DNA of 63,107 bases, the filler included, from Salisapilia sapeloensis CBS 127946 (Eukaryota > Protista > Oomycota), in assembly GCA_023334545.1 (NCBI GenBank). It is 12 parts of 12 records of this genome, joined end to end, with 100 filler letters (N's around TTAATTAATTAA, not from the genome) between each part and the next. Parts side by side here need not be neighbours in the genome. Positions count along the whole stretch, not along the records: positions 7,683 to 12,178 come from JAADVB010000668.1; positions 12,279 to 30,563 come from JAADVB010000322.1; 10 more parts are not named here. One strand, 5' to 3'. Positions 11,241 through 24,627 of the stretch are shown here, in pieces. Under the pieces are notes generated by a model. That model was not told where the DNA came from. It worked only from the letters and a program-made list of their open reading frames with translations, and made no database searches. Position numbers and translations under genes: made by a program. Position 1 is the stretch's first letter. Every line of letters begins with the position of its first letter.

Positions 11241-12178
11241 TATTCCTACTCTTAAACTTATAATTAAGCAATCACTACTGAGTTGTGACCTCTGCAAGAT
11301 ATCGTGTTTAAGTTGCTCTGTTTATGGTCACGACTAGCCATACCTATCACAATGGCTAACATCAAGACTATCGAGCAATGGCTGCTATCCTCCTTTCCTC
11401 TGTTGCAGTATTAATAGGCAGGGCTCAGGAAGTCTCAACACGATAATAAATACTATTGAAATTTGTAAATGTAAATAACTATTAGTTTTATTAGTATTTA
11501 TATTTTAAAGATAGATATTGACAAAATATCGACAATTTCACAGACCTGCTCGTCAATAGCAACAGCTTCATGCTAAGTTTTTTGCCATGAAGCACAAGCA
11601 TTTACAACAAGATTCAGAAGCTTCTGGATTCGATTAAAGTCCTTCAGATCAAGAGATCTTGTATAAAACCTTTCCAACCCAAGCTTCTTCCGCAGCGATT
11701 GCAATTTTCGACCAGTATTCACATATGGAAGACCTCTTATACTTCCCAATATAAAGAGGATGAACGCAGCTCGATGAACTGGAATTTTGTCTTTTCGACT
11801 TAGTCAGAGCTATCTTAAATGCTACAGAAGGGAACAATCCAAATCGGATACCCATAAGTAAAAGGCATACATCTCAATGGCGGGCAGAACTGCATAGAGA
11901 AGCTTGATGCGTCATTCGAATACAGCGTAATCTGTCTTTCCATTTTGTTTTGCGTTGGCAAAAGAATATTACGTAGACTGCATTGCTATCATTCGCTTCC
12001 AGTGTTTTAAACTAGTAACAGTAAAATGACATATTGTATACAATCAGCCAGTTCTACTTGGATGGGAAGAGTTTGAAGGTTGTAGGGTAGAGACAATATA
12101 AATGGAGTTCATTGTCCGAATAGTGTGTTCCCGTGTCTCTATATCTTCGAGAGGGAGGGTCTAGTTTATCTCGTATCC

Positions 12179-12278
12179 NNNNNNNNNNNNNNNNNNNNNN
12201 NNNNNNNNNNNNNNNNNNNNNNTTAATTAATTAANNNNNNNNNNNNNNNNNNNNNNNNNNNNNNNNNNNNNNNNNNNN
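12179..12278. other. Assembly spacer
   Basis: N-run + TTAATTAATTAA + N-run, 100 bp. Confidence 0.98.
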
Positions 12279-12898
12279 ACATCCTCTCTTTCGAGCCTTG
12301 AACAAACTGCCCATTCTCCAATTTCCCGTAGCGAGCGCAACCGACAACCAGCAATACGCGCTCAACATGCAAGACCTACTGAGATACCGGATCTTCCTGG
12401 AGGTCACTTCTTCGCCAACATGTGCCGGTCAGCCGGAGGAAGCTCGAAGTATGAGATGGCTTGCATTTAACAAAACTAGCAAGGCAACCTGAAGGAGTCG
12501 ACATACAAAGGCAGCTGACAATTGACCTTTCGACCACCGGAATAAGCAGAAGAAGATGCACGGAGCGAAGATATACGAGCGCTACGACTGGACGATCGGA
12601 GATATACATTTAAAAAGAGGACATCGGTGGTATTGTGAGGGATCGACGAGGGCTGAAAGCTATAAGGCGTATGTGCCGCAGATATGCGTAGCCGTCTACA
12701 CTCATATATTGTTGAGCACATTGGGATGCCAGTGCTCTTTCGTTTTCGCTCAGAATAGCCAGTACTTGGTCAATTTAAACGGAAATGACAATACCATTCA
12801 ATCACTTCCTAGGTAGTAATGTTGCTGGTACATAAATGGTCTTTTATTGGTACAGCCACTTTTAAAGCCCACAGCAAGTGGCGACGGATTGAACGCAG

Positions 12899-14861
12899 TT
12901 GACTCGACCGACGGCGATGGCCCTTGCGACCGGTCAGTTCGATGTGAGTGAGCTTAGGAACCAGGTGCGACTGCTCCAGAGTGAAGTCTCTTTAAAGGAA
13001 GGGGCGTTGAAGCATGCAGAGCAAAGTAAAGAGCAGGAGGAGGCGCGGAGGAAGGCTGTCGAGAGCGAGCTGGAGAGTGCACAGGAAGCACTGAGACGAA
13101 TGGAGGAGAATATCGGAGGCAAAGAAGATGCCCTGAGTAAGTTGAAAGAGGAGGTGTATTCCGTGCAGAGACAGAGAAAGGAGGAGGACGAGTCTACCGG
13201 CAGCTACAAACTACTGGCGGAGCAACTGGAAGCCTCGAGAGACCAGATGAGCTACAAGCTAAAGCAAGAATTGCTAAAAATGCAACGCATGGAGACGCAA
13301 ATGCACGACGCGCAGACTGCTTTGGAGAACGCAGAAGCTGAAACAGGGAAATACCAGGAGCAAATTGCAAGCCTCAAGAGTTTGACCAAGACACTAGACC
13401 AGGAAAAGGATGAACTGGAGGAACAATTGGACGAGATGACAGAAAAAGTTTATGCTTTGGAGAATCAAATTCAAGTTCTGAGCGACTCTGCAAACGATGG
13501 CAAGTCCTCAGCAAGTGGTCTGCAGCGACAGGTGGATGAACTGACGGAAGAGCTGAGTGAAACGCAGGAACGTGTAAAGGAAATGGCTGAGAGCTATGCG
13601 GATATGGAACAAGAACTGGAGAGAGAACGGCACGACCGGTGGGTGCAGGAGCAGGAAGCGGCTGCACTTGCGCAGGATTTAGAAAACATGACTATTGAAA
13701 ACCAGGCTTTGAGCGAAGATTGCAACCGGCTGCAGCGAACACAGGAGAGTCAGGTGGAAAGTGAGAGTAGTACGAAGCGGAAGTTGAGAGAGACGCAAAG
13801 GGATCGTGATACTCTTTCCATTGAGCTGGAAGATCTCCGACACACGTACCGTTCTCTTGTCCAAGAGCATGAGGGCATGCAGAAGAAAATGCTGGATCTC
13901 CAGAGCGCTTACGATGGTTTGCAAGAGTCGGAGGATAAAAATGAGGCGAAGATTTCCAAACTTGAGAACGATAAAGCGACGCTGGAAGAGCAACGGCACA
14001 GTCTGGAAGTAGAGTGTGCTTCGTACAGAGAGCAGGTGACCTACTTGTCGGCTCAGCTGGAGAGCCACGACGCGAAACTAAGAGAAGCGGAGGGTAAGCA
14101 GGACAATCTTCAGTCGGAGCTGTCATCCCAGCGACAGATCTCCACCGAGATCTCTGCCCAACGGTATGGCGTCCAAACACAGCATGCTCAGGCTTCTCAG
14201 AAGGTAGTGAGCTTAGAAGCGCAGTTAAGCAGTAGCAAGTATGAAGCCAAGAGAGTGCAAGACCTTTTGGAAGATGAACAGATGCAGCGGAAGAGGTTGG
14301 AAGAGCTCTTGACGGATGTGAGGGAGCAGTTGGCTCGGCAGGAAACCAAGGTTGGTCAGTTGCAGGAGCAGCGAGATGCGTTGGCACAAGAGATTCGCAG
14401 TCGGCGACAGATACAAAACTCTGTCATGGATGTGGAGGAGCTGACCCATTCCCAGGCGGAGAAGGAAGAGACGAGAGAAGACGAAGGTGTTGTGCCGATG
14501 CAAGCGATGGAGACGGCACAGAAGAAATGCCAAGAGCTAGAGGATCGGCTAGCAGAACAGACCGAGACCATCAATGTACGTCTATGTTCAATTTTGAATA
14601 GCTTTACTTGCAGTATGTAGCTTATCCTGGATGCCAATGTAGCGCTTGGAGAGATCTCGAAGCAAGTTTAAGCGCTTTGCTGCAAAGTACGAGCGGGAGA
14701 TCGAGCAAAGGGACCGAGTGATCGAAGGACTGCGCAGTTCCCATGCTTCCTCATCAGTCAAATCCTCGGACGAAAGCCATCAGAACAGAAGATCGACTTC
14801 TTCTCGCTCCGGGCGGAGTCAATCGGAGCGTCACACGAATACGTCTCAAGGGTCTCTCTGA
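12899..14861 (+). CDS. Long coiled-coil protein (possibly CEP135/TSGA10-like); 5' end uncertain; last intron 14576..14642
   Basis: 573-aa E/Q/K/L-rich heptad ORF. GTACGT...ATGTAG splice gives ETIN|RLERSRSKFKRFAAKYEREIEQRD. The family is only a tentative guess. Confidence 0.7.
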
Positions 14862-17343
14862 TATTAGGAGTGGGTTGCGAGTGTTAGATAACTATTAGCA
14901 ATGGAAGTTTTGCTGTACTAGGTCTTCCATCAGTCCATTTCAGTAACTGTAGTATGACGTAGATGCACTGCAGTTTAATGGTAACTTTGTCCGATGTGTA
15001 GTAGTGGCTTTTTATTCAGAGCGATCTGCTCTAAGCTTCTTGGACGCCAATTGATATATGCGTTGAATTGTGTTTATACTTTTAGCTACCACTTCCTTGC
15101 ACCGGCCAGAATTACTACTACACTATCTGCATTCAATAAAGTTACCTAAGAGTGGATGGGATTCGGATCAAGGTGCTAAAGAAAGTCAGCTATAATCGTT
15201 TATCACAGCCTAGCACGATAGTAGATGAAACCCTTGGCATTATTCAAAATGTTTACTTGTCTTCATTTCTCTTGCCTCTAAATCAATTTGTCTTCGTACA
15301 AGACTGTGACAGTGCAATTAGACGGCTTCCAGCGTACAAAAACGCGGGCTAATTTAGTGCTTGGATTCCTCCAAGCACTACTACTCTGGCCAACATGAAC
15401 GCTAGCATATATTGCGTTTCCATAGAGCCGCATTTCTTCAAGGGTAAGATTTAAAAGTCTACCTAAAGCTTATGAAAGCGAGTAAAATAAAGCCACTAAC
15501 ACAGAGCGCCATACTTACCCGAAAACTGACCTTAAAGATACAAGGACCAAGAAGCTTGGGTAGTAAAACCCTCATCCAATAACGCTGGTGTCGCCTATTC
15601 TAAATTACTGTTATTCCTGATGTGTCCCTACATTGTCCATCTCGGACATCTCGAACTGCATTCACAGTAGACAAGAGATTACCACATGCAAATATGAACG
15701 CACCACTAGACTCTTCGGCATCGAGATGAAATGTCCTTCCGTACCTCGAATCGTCAGAGCACCTTCTCTTCCAAACCAACCTGTGCATCAAGTGGAAGCA
15801 CACCAACAAGATTTAGATGCGACCATCTACCAGATTTTTAGTCGACGAGCGTATCGACAGGGTACATTTCCTAATTGATGTCGTGACCGTTCATTATTAT
15901 AAATCAAGCGACGCCATCCTCTACTTCAGTCGGCTCAGCTATCAGTGATTGCCTTGCAAGAAGTGCTCCGGCTAGGTCATACGCCGTATTTACGACAATG
16001 CAAGAGGATAATTGAGGATAAACCTCATCTCCAAAAGTCGAAGAGCGCTTGAAGAACGATTGGAAACTTGGATCGCTCACGTGATCCGACCGACTCATGG
16101 ACACAATACACATGTTTAGACGCGAGCCATGAAGTATGAGTTGACAACACTTTGAACTGCCTCGATAAAATTTAGTTTCTTGCAGAGCGAAGGGCCTTGA
16201 GATTTGTAAGATACCTCATTGCGTTTTAAGTGCAGATCATACAAGGAGTGCTCACGGCTTTGTCGAGCGGAATGATATATCAGCAACTCAATAGAGTAAG
16301 ATAACATCCAGAACATTGTCGAGGAGCTCTGTTCTGGTAATTATCGCAATGAAATTACTTATGGTCTTAAGGGGCATCAAGCACTTTGCGTGAGAGTACT
16401 CTCTCGGTATACTTTATAGAGCAAAAGTTAGATTTAGATGCACTTCATTTCACCAACTACCTTCCTCATTGGCTTGGTGGGTGCCTTCGGCACCTAGCTG
16501 AGCCTGTATCCCCGTGTCATCCTCAAAAGTAGTTCCTGGCTTGACTCGGACGCAGCCTCTCGTGTATCGAGGGTCGAACGATTCCCATCCCGATGGTGTG
16601 GATCATAGTGGTGATACCATGTACACAGTTTCTATCCTTCTCATCCATCCGAGCGATACTATATATTACTTTGTATCAGTCGGATTCATGTCTCCGAAGA
16701 GTACGTGTAAAAGCTTTTGTGAGAAGCAATTGATGTGGACTTTGAAACGGTAGAAGTAGTAGTAACTTCAACAAAGTTTGCATTTACTGGAAACTGTGTA
16801 ATGGACGTTTCCTCTGCTATACCAAGAAATCGACGAGTGAGCACTCTAGCGCAGGGACGTCTCGGACTCTTCCTCTTGCACCATCTAACCAGATAGTTGC
16901 CAATCAAACCGGCTATCGAGGTTGGCAGAACCCCATGGCTACCTGTGACTGCGTCACTCGTAATCTTGGGCTTAAAACCCTGCTGTGTCTCGCATCACAC
17001 TCCGCACAATAAAAGCCATCCATGGTGGTGGCGTACATGACAGTCTTCGAGGTCTCCTATAGCAAGCAATGCAGGCACTGAGTGTTCTTGGACACTTTCG
17101 TTGCTACCGACGTCTTCACCCTGCGCGTGATCCAGATCGCGTGTGCCGTCGTCGTTGTCGCATCGCCTCTTCGAATGTGCAAAATAGCAAAGTTCAAGCC
17201 AAAAAGTGCACCCAGAAGCGAGCCAATCAGCGGATGAGAAGCCAGTCTATTTTGAAACTTGCCCACGCCGAGCTCTTCTTCTTGCCTGCGGAAAGCCGTC
17301 GTATCCCCCTCCTCCCCTTTCTTCGTCGTACCCGCTAGCGCCA

Positions 17344-20340
17344 ATGCCGCAAGGAAGGACGGAGCCTCCTCCGTATTCCTCTTCCAGCTCGCTTCCTCCC
17401 CAAGACGACGCGCGGGCGACAGCCATGCAACCTGTGCCATCTCTACAGACGACGTTCCAGTCAGCGACGCGATGGCTGCAGATTGGCATGTTCGCCGTCT
17501 TCATCGTCGCACTCATCCTAGCGACTGTAAGCGACTATGAAAACTTGTCTCCTGGGCTCATCTGGGGAGCCATCCTCTCCTTGCTCTCCGTCTTCTTCGT
17601 CATCATGTCATATGCTAGTGTCAAAGGCTACCGGCAGCATCCGAACCCACTTGTATTCTGGCGAACGATTGCCGACCTCATCTTCGTGCTGCAGCTCCTA
17701 GCACAGCAATTCGTGCGCTGCCTCTTCTTCGACTGCGTGCCCCTTTGCTCGAACGAAAACTACGTCTGCGGGTGTTCAGTGGACCCCAAGGCCGGTCGCA
17801 CGTGTGATGCCTTTGCAGGACTATTTGAGTTCTCCTTGATTGCAGCAGAGTGCTGGTTTCTATGCATGACAGTCGACCTGCTCGTGTCACTAACCAACCC
17901 ATTCACGGACTTTAAGCGCAACAACCGATTCTTCCACCTCGGCAGTTGGGGTGTCGCGATTTTTATGGCCATCCTGTTGGCCAGTACAGACGACTGGGCA
18001 GGGTATTCGGATCTGCAAGTGTGCTGGACGAACGCGCTACGGGACCTCACACGTGACGATAAAGACTCGTGCGAGTCCAACCAGACTGTGATCAGCAACT
18101 TTGCTGAAGACGAGTACAAAGCAGTTAATGCCAATCTCGTCAGCTGGGTCTTCTTCTACATCTGGATGGGCCTCTTCATCCTCGCAGGCATCGTCGTCTG
18201 GATATGGGCGTGGAGACGTCTTAGCGAAGGTATGCCGGAGACGTATGCCGTGCGAGTACAGTCGATCCATCGGGCTAGGTTCAACGTGCTGGCTGTCACG
18301 ACCTACTGGATCATCGTGGCGATTATATACTTCAACTTTTTAGGACGAGACAAGACCAACCCCGACGCTCCATCGAGCGAGCTGTTAAATTTTGTCATTG
18401 CCGCCAAGGGCTATGTCGACCTCGTTATTTGGTTTGCGCTTAACGAGTTTAAGCTCTCCCACTTTACCAAGTGCTTTTCCAGCGAAAGTGAGAAACAGGC
18501 AGATGTCGACTTGAACCCACAGGTGAACGCTGCGTTGCGCCGAGAGGTGCTCTTCTACACTACGTCCGGCATCATCCAGGCCGTCCAAGCCGCTGAGCGA
18601 CTTCCAGCGTCGCAGCGTGTGCAGCACTTGGCTCTTTTACCCCAATCCAAAAGCGACGCGGTACCGGAGAATCGAGGGCGTGTCGTAGGCGGCTTGACAA
18701 GCACCCAGATCGAATCGAACGAATACCCGGACCCACAAGCTGTCAACAGCAACACCGCAGCTTTTGACAACACGCAGCGAGTGACAAAGGACAGTGGCGA
18801 GCGGACGAAGACTTTCCATGACTATGAGCCCCATGCATTCAAGAAGATTCGAGAGCGCTTTGGCGTTAATAACGATGCGTACCTAAAGTCATTATCTGCA
18901 ACGGCCAAGGAGCGTGTTAGCGAAGGCGCCAGTGGAGCGTTCATGTTTTTCTCGGCCGACGGATCGCTCATCGTCAAGTCCACAAGCAGGGAAGAAGCGT
19001 CTTTCCTGCGCTCGATTGCCAATGAGTACGCTGACTATCTGTGCAACAACCCGACAACCTTAATGACGCGATTCTACGGCTGTCACGGACTGGAGTTGTA
19101 CGGGAAGCAGTTCTCCTTTATCGTGATGGCCAATCTCTTCGACACGGATCAGGTCATCCACTGGCGGTACGACATCAAGGGGTCTTGGGTGAACCGTCAC
19201 GGAGACTTACCCAAGCGAGGGAAAAAGGTGACGTGCAGACACTGTAATCACAAGTACATTTTCCAGGACGCGTCTTCTCCTGAAAACATCAACTGCCCTA
19301 TGCGTCTAGGCGGCCACGAAGCAAACGTCGTGTTGAAAGACTCGGATCTGACCCAAAAGCTTAATCTCGATCGGGACACGGCCATCGACACGTATCGCCA
19401 GTTGTGTGCAGACAGCGATCTACTATGCAGCTTTGGCATCATGGACTACTCGTTGCTTATGGGCATCCACGAGGTCGAGTACGTCGTAGATGAAAATGCG
19501 GAAGAAGATGAATCGGAAGAGCTCAAAAATTCGCGTGTGAAAGGCTCCAAGGAGGCCTCGCCGCCTGGACAAGCCGACCGACCGTCTGCCATTTACGCTC
19601 CGTCCGAACGAACGAACTTGGCCAGATCCAAGGGCCCAGGACCAGGCAACTTAAGGCACCACGCAAGTGTGTCGTCCAATTCGAACCACGCAGCTAGTAG
19701 TAATAAACTGAACAGCTCCACGGGCTTCACGGACACGACGATGCGCAAGCAGTCCAACCGGATGAATCTGTCTGCAAGTACCGGCATGAACATGCGGAAC
19801 GACATTCGGACGACAAGTAGCGTCTCGAGCTCTGGTAGAAGACTGCCTCGCTCTGGTATGCGCATGGCCAACAGTGTGGTCGGACCAGCGTACTACCACG
19901 TCGGCATCATCGACATCCTGCAGACGTGGACCTTCCAGAAACGTCTGGAGCGGTTCGTGAAGATTACGTTTAAGGGAGCAGATGGAGACGGACTGAGCGC
20001 GATTGAGCCGAGGCTGTACAATGCGCGCTTCAAGCGGAAAATGGCCGACATCCTCGGCGTAGACGACCTCGTAGATGACGGATTAGACCAGTTCACGCAG
20101 CAGAATTCACACATGGACGTAGACATGCAAGCAGCTCCGGCAGAGTCCATTCATGTGCAGAGTGTTCGCAGCATCGCGAACAGCGACCAGTTCCGCCACC
20201 TTAGTTCCATGGATGGACACTACGCAGACTATTTGAACGCAGGTGTCGGGATCCGCCAGCGAGGAGCCAGCGCAGTTGAGCAGGGTCAGCGAGCATCCCA
20301 GGCGACAGAAGAGTACGCCGGCATCGACTACCACTTATAG
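17344..20340 (+). CDS. GPCR-PIP5K fusion (7TM domain plus phosphatidylinositol-4-phosphate 5-kinase)
   Basis: N-terminal multi-TM region (IAAECWFLCMTVDLLVSLTNPF). PIPK motifs GASGAFMFFSADG, IVKS, YDIKGS, LKDSD, IMDYSLLMG and GIIDILQTW. ATG at 17344 chosen; the ORF is open from 17206. Confidence 0.92.
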   Translation: MPQGRTEPPPYSSSSSLPPQDDARATAMQPVPSLQTTFQSATRWLQIGMFAVFIVALILATVSDYENLSPGLIWGAILSLLSVFFVIMSYASVKGYRQHPNPLVFWRTIADLIFVLQLLAQQFVRCLFFDCVPLCSNENYVCGCSVDPKAGRTCDAFAGLFEFSLIAAECWFLCMTVDLLVSLTNPFTDFKRNNRFFHLGSWGVAIFMAILLASTDDWAGYSDLQVCWTNALRDLTRDDKDSCESNQTVISNFAEDEYKAVNANLVSWVFFYIWMGLFILAGIVVWIWAWRRLSEGMPETYAVRVQSIHRARFNVLAVTTYWIIVAIIYFNFLGRDKTNPDAPSSELLNFVIAAKGYVDLVIWFALNEFKLSHFTKCFSSESEKQADVDLNPQVNAALRREVLFYTTSGIIQAVQAAERLPASQRVQHLALLPQSKSDAVPENRGRVVGGLTSTQIESNEYPDPQAVNSNTAAFDNTQRVTKDSGERTKTFHDYEPHAFKKIRERFGVNNDAYLKSLSATAKERVSEGASGAFMFFSADGSLIVKSTSREEASFLRSIANEYADYLCNNPTTLMTRFYGCHGLELYGKQFSFIVMANLFDTDQVIHWRYDIKGSWVNRHGDLPKRGKKVTCRHCNHKYIFQDASSPENINCPMRLGGHEANVVLKDSDLTQKLNLDRDTAIDTYRQLCADSDLLCSFGIMDYSLLMGIHEVEYVVDENAEEDESEELKNSRVKGSKEASPPGQADRPSAIYAPSERTNLARSKGPGPGNLRHHASVSSNSNHAASSNKLNSSTGFTDTTMRKQSNRMNLSASTGMNMRNDIRTTSSVSSSGRRLPRSGMRMANSVVGPAYYHVGIIDILQTWTFQKRLERFVKITFKGADGDGLSAIEPRLYNARFKRKMADILGVDDLVDDGLDQFTQQNSHMDVDMQAAPAESIHVQSVRSIANSDQFRHLSSMDGHYADYLNAGVGIRQRGASAVEQGQRASQATEEYAGIDYHL

Positions 20341-21283
20341 GTTCCCCGTTGGAATCCGTTGACACGGGCTTGATCTTTAAAATAACATTGTCACGTTCCA
20401 TCTTTTGTTGATACCAAAATCCGACTTGCGCTTTTCATCGATCACAACGGCCAAAGTTGGCATCAGTGGCGTTCTTCAGCTAATCGATCCAGGATGGCAT
20501 CGATTTGGCCTTATTGTCAGTCGATCTTTAAATTTCAACTTGGTATTTCGGATTCGCAGCGGATGATGAGTTGCAGCGGCGATGCTCATGACTAGCTTGT
20601 TCATGCCAGTATGAACGGGCCAGTTCAATTGTTTTCAAATTGCAAAGAGTCTAATATATCACAGTATTAAGAGTAGCGTAAGCGTGCTCATATTCATGAT
20701 GATACGTTTGCTTTTCAATTGGATTGCTGTCGCTTCTTCGCTTGGTTTGCGCACAAAGATATACTAGAGTTTGACCATACCCTGGCCATGTATTTCACTT
20801 GCGATAAAATCTGAGTGTAAAATTTTATTTACGATACCGACATTGCTCTAAGGCTTATCATTTCCGAGGTCAGACATTGGAGAAAAGGGTACTCGATATC
20901 TTGAGAGGCCGAACTGTTAGAACTGAGAGGACATTTAGAGAGAATAAAGTTTTACTCCCATCCTAGACGTTTGTATGGCAAAGATATACAAGTTTATTAA
21001 AGTACTTGGGGTACTTTAATGTTTTTCGACTTGGCATCGTCAAAGGCCATTCTGATGCTCATTCTCAGGTTACCATCTTGTCGTTTCCAGATTTTTTGGA
21101 AAGACAAGATGAGACGCTTTGTTCCTCCGATGCGATTGTTCCTTTTACATGTGAATATTACTTGTATGGAACAAGAGCTAGCTCGACACTTCCTTACAGC
21201 AGCACTATGTCGCTAGCAACAAACTCAGGCAAGAAACGTACTTGAACATCCATCACTGGAAGGTAGCTTACATTTGCTGGTGT

Positions 21284-24178
21284 CTATAGTTCTCTTCTTG
21301 GCGTGCGCATGGGCGTACGTGCGTTTCCTGCCGCTCGATTCTGTCTTCCAGGAGTCACCATCGTAGTCTTCTGACGCTTTCCTGAACGCCTCCAGCTAGA
21401 TGTTGGCAGAGGCGTTTCTTCTTCCTGGTGTTTGCGCTCCTCCATCTCGTGCTCCATCTTTTGGCTGGTCTGACGTTCTTTTGCTCTCTTCTTGAGTCGC
21501 GTCTGGTACGACTCTTTGATGCTAAAGAACATCGGGCCAAGCTCTGCCAGCCATTCACCTTCGACGGCAGTAGTACACTGCATGTACTGCTTGGACGTGT
21601 AGATGAGCTCGTGGTAGACGACAAAGTCAGGCACGTAGCCCAAGCCGAACAAGGCAGCGCTCGGGTGCAAATGGCATGGCATGCCTGTAAGCATATTAAC
21701 GTACTCGCCAATGCCCTTGATCTGCGCCGAGTTGTAAAAGTAGGCGGAGCAAATGGCCTTACGGACGACGTCCCATTTGCCATTGCAGCTGGACAAGCGC
21801 ACCTTTTGCTGCTTCATCATATCCAGAAGCTGTTCTCGCACCTCCCGAGCTTTCTTCATCCCCTTGGCGTGGATAAAGTGGTCGGTGCACCACGAACTAG
21901 AGTATCCGTTCATCCGCCACTGGTTATACACATTTAAAAGCGTCAGGTGGTCGCTTTCAGGCACAAAAAACTTTTCTCTGGCAGAATCGCTCTCCTCTGC
22001 GCGGTCTTTCGGTCGGAAGAAGACGCTCGGGACACTCAGCATACTGACGACGATCAGCACTTCCTCCGAGCACCCTAGGTCTTCACTGAACAGCAGCATT
22101 TTGGCCAGCGGAGGGTCTAGTGGGAAGACGACCATCTTCCGGCCCATGTCTGTCAGCTCGCCAGTGTTGTCCAAGGCGCCAAGGACCCACAGCTGGTACA
22201 TGGAGTTGGTGATGTTGTCCTGCGGCGGAGGATCCATAAAGTTAAACTCCAGAAGGTTCTTAACACCCAGAGACTTTAAGAGCAGAACGACGTAGCTGAG
22301 GTTGGTGCGCTGGATCTCAGGGATCTGCGCCGCCAGTAGCTCGTTCACGTACTGTCGCTCTGTGTACAGTCGATAGCAGACGCCAGGACCCGTTCGACCG
22401 GCACGTCCAGACCTTTGGTTGGCATTCTGCTGACTAATAGGGGTGATCTGGAGAGCATCCATACCAACCTTTGGGTTGTAGACTTTCACCTTACCATATC
22501 CAGGATCCACGACGTACTTAATACCGTCGACAGTAAGCGACGTCTCGGCGATGTTCGTCGATACGATGCACTTGCGCATGTCAGATGCGTCGAAGATTTT
22601 GGCCTGCAAGTCGGCAGGCAGCTGAGAGTACATGGGCAGCACCAGTAGCGCTGGAGCTCCGTCCACTTTGCCCATGCGTTGAGACAGCGCAAAGCACGTG
22701 GCTTCGATATCTTCTTGACCGGTCATGAAGACCAGAACGTCACCTGGTGGGTGGGACAAGTGGATCTGCATCACTTGCTTCACTGCCGCATCGACATAGT
22801 CTTCTTGGGGAGCCTTGCTAAAGTGCGTGTCGACGTGGAACGTACGTCCTGGGATCGTAAACATGGGCACACCGCCAAAGAAGGAAGCGAACTTGTCTGC
22901 ATCTAGAGTTGCCGATGTCACGATCAGTTTGAAGTCCGATCGGCGCTGGGCCACTTGGCGCAGGATACCGAAGAGAACATCGGTGTTGAGAGCTCGTTCG
23001 TGAGCCTCGTCCATGATGACGGCCGAGTACGAGTCCAGGTCGGACTCTCGGAGAGACTCTCGAAGCAGCACACCCTCTGTCATGTATTTTATCTCCGTCT
23101 TGTCACTTGTCAAGTCTTCAAATCGAATTGCATATCCAACTTCGTCACCAAGAGTCACGTCCATCTCTTCACTCACTCGTTGGGCGACGGACATTGCCGC
23201 CACACGACGAGGCTGCGTACATCCGATCATGCCCATCTTGGCATACCCTTCTTCTCGCAAGTACTGCGTCAATTGGGTTGTCTTACCTGATCCGGTCTCT
23301 CCGACGATGACAACGATCTGATTCTCACGGACGATCGTCAGCAGTTCCTCTCGACACTGGAAGATCGGGAGGAACCGCCGCTGCTGGCGAATAGATCGAG
23401 ACTTGGCAAAGTCACTAACCGCCACGTTCTTCTTCTTCATGTGCGTCGAAAACTGAGACTCGGCCTTGTAATCGACATTCTTGTCCGCCTCCTCCTGCTT
23501 TTGTTTTTCCATGTCGTCCTCCAGCTCCTCCTCCGTCTTCTGTTTCTTGACGCCGATCGCGTCACCCATTCTTGAGCCACCTACTTCCCAAAAGCGCTGA
23601 CGCATGGCTGATTGTTCCTGCTGCTCTCGCACTTGACGAACGAGCTCCGAGCCTTTGCGCGCATTCACAGCCATGTCGCTCGTGGCGTCTTTGACCGTCG
23701 GAACCATCTCCAACTGCGTCGTGAAGCTTACTCGTCCATCTAAAAATGGAGGTTTTGTACTGTGCACGAGGATCTGGACGCGCTGGTCGACTTCATCATC
23801 AAACTCCGTCGCGACCTTGCTTTGAGCCACGACGCCACTCGTCATGAGACGATTCTTCTCCCAAGCCTCCTGGTCATCCCGTAGAGCCGATTGACGAGCT
23901 GACATGCCTCGAAGCTTCGTCTCTCCTTTGGCTTTGGCCGCCGCGATCTGCTGTTCGAGCGCCCGGAACTTGGACTCGTTGCCCATAAACGCATGCGCAG
24001 TGCGCAGAGCCTTTCCGTCTGCATCATCCTCGAGGTAGAACTCTCGGTCGAACTCTTCCTCGACCTCGTCATCGTACTTGTCTTTCGACATCTTCATCCT
24101 GCGGCCAGAGGCTGGAGACTCGGTAGCTGGACGAATTGCCGCCGTTGTCCGAGTATTGACTATGGAGGGTTGTATCAA
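21284..24178 (-). CDS. PRP16: Pre-mRNA splicing DEAH-box helicase PRP16/DHX38; extra 5' exons likely
   Basis: [23 protein letters not shown] and QRSGRAGR motifs, plus Prp16-specific KPPFLDGR and KGSELVR. The listed ORF starts at TTG. Confidence 0.95.
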   Translation of the reverse strand: MIQPSIVNTRTTAAIRPATESPASGRRMKMSKDKYDDEVEEEFDREFYLEDDADGKALRTAHAFMGNESKFRALEQQIAAAKAKGETKLRGMSARQSALRDDQEAWEKNRLMTSGVVAQSKVATEFDDEVDQRVQILVHSTKPPFLDGRVSFTTQLEMVPTVKDATSDMAVNARKGSELVRQVREQQEQSAMRQRFWEVGGSRMGDAIGVKKQKTEEELEDDMEKQKQEEADKNVDYKAESQFSTHMKKKNVAVSDFAKSRSIRQQRRFLPIFQCREELLTIVRENQIVVIVGETGSGKTTQLTQYLREEGYAKMGMIGCTQPRRVAAMSVAQRVSEEMDVTLGDEVGYAIRFEDLTSDKTEIKYMTEGVLLRESLRESDLDSYSAVIMDEAHERALNTDVLFGILRQVAQRRSDFKLIVTSATLDADKFASFFGGVPMFTIPGRTFHVDTHFSKAPQEDYVDAAVKQVMQIHLSHPPGDVLVFMTGQEDIEATCFALSQRMGKVDGAPALLVLPMYSQLPADLQAKIFDASDMRKCIVSTNIAETSLTVDGIKYVVDPGYGKVKVYNPKVGMDALQITPISQQNANQRSGRAGRTGPGVCYRLYTERQYVNELLAAQIPEIQRTNLSYVVLLLKSLGVKNLLEFNFMDPPPQDNITNSMYQLWVLGALDNTGELTDMGRKMVVFPLDPPLAKMLLFSEDLGCSEEVLIVVSMLSVPSVFFRPKDRAEESDSAREKFFVPESDHLTLLNVYNQWRMNGYSSSWCTDHFIHAKGMKKAREVREQLLDMMKQQKVRLSSCNGKWDVVRKAICSAYFYNSAQIKGIGEYVNMLTGMPCHLHPSAALFGLGYVPDFVVYHELIYTSKQYMQCTTAVEGEWLAELGPMFFSIKESYQTRLKKRAKERQTSQKMEHEMEERKHQEEETPLPTSSWRRSGKRQKTTMVTPGRQNRAAGNARTPMRTPRREL

Positions 24179-24627
24179 TTATTAGAGGTACGAGCATCGC
24201 TTCACATGGCCGAAATGGAGGTCGACTGGATCGCTACAGTAAGAGCATATATCGATCCTTTCGATCAGATCGGATGCTATGCCTTTAAAAGAGCAAATTG
24301 CTGATGCATTGGCATTCATTTCATTTTCTATGCGGAAGGTTGGTCATGTGCATGCACTGACGATACTCTCGAGAAGAGAAGGATGTTTGTTGTATGCTGC
24401 TTGGGCAAAGGGTGTTTCGATTTTCCAGTCAAAGCATACCGATATGCGTGATAAAGTAGTATTCTCTTTCATCATGATGCCAGTTCCTTATATACGATTG
24501 ATCAGAGATCAGATTGCATGATATTTTGACTTGAAAAATCAAAGGGCATGGATAGAGTTGCAGTAGTACACCAGCATATATTGTGCAGAAGCGATCTTTA
24601 TTATGAATAAATAGAAACAGGGAGCGC

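Noticed and set aside
12279-12492. Open frame at contig start (HPLFRALNKLPILQFP...)
   Set aside because: May be a gene 3' end or an upstream exon of the coiled-coil gene; no motif supports either.
14900-16400. Short ORFs suggesting a degenerate transposon or gene
   Set aside because: No RT, integrase, transposase or other motif recognised; left as intergenic.
20400-20780. Minus-strand MVKL*YIFVRKP... resembling a Crinkler N-terminus
   Set aside because: Immediate stop, no LFLAK or HVLV motif, and no continuous frame; similarity too weak.
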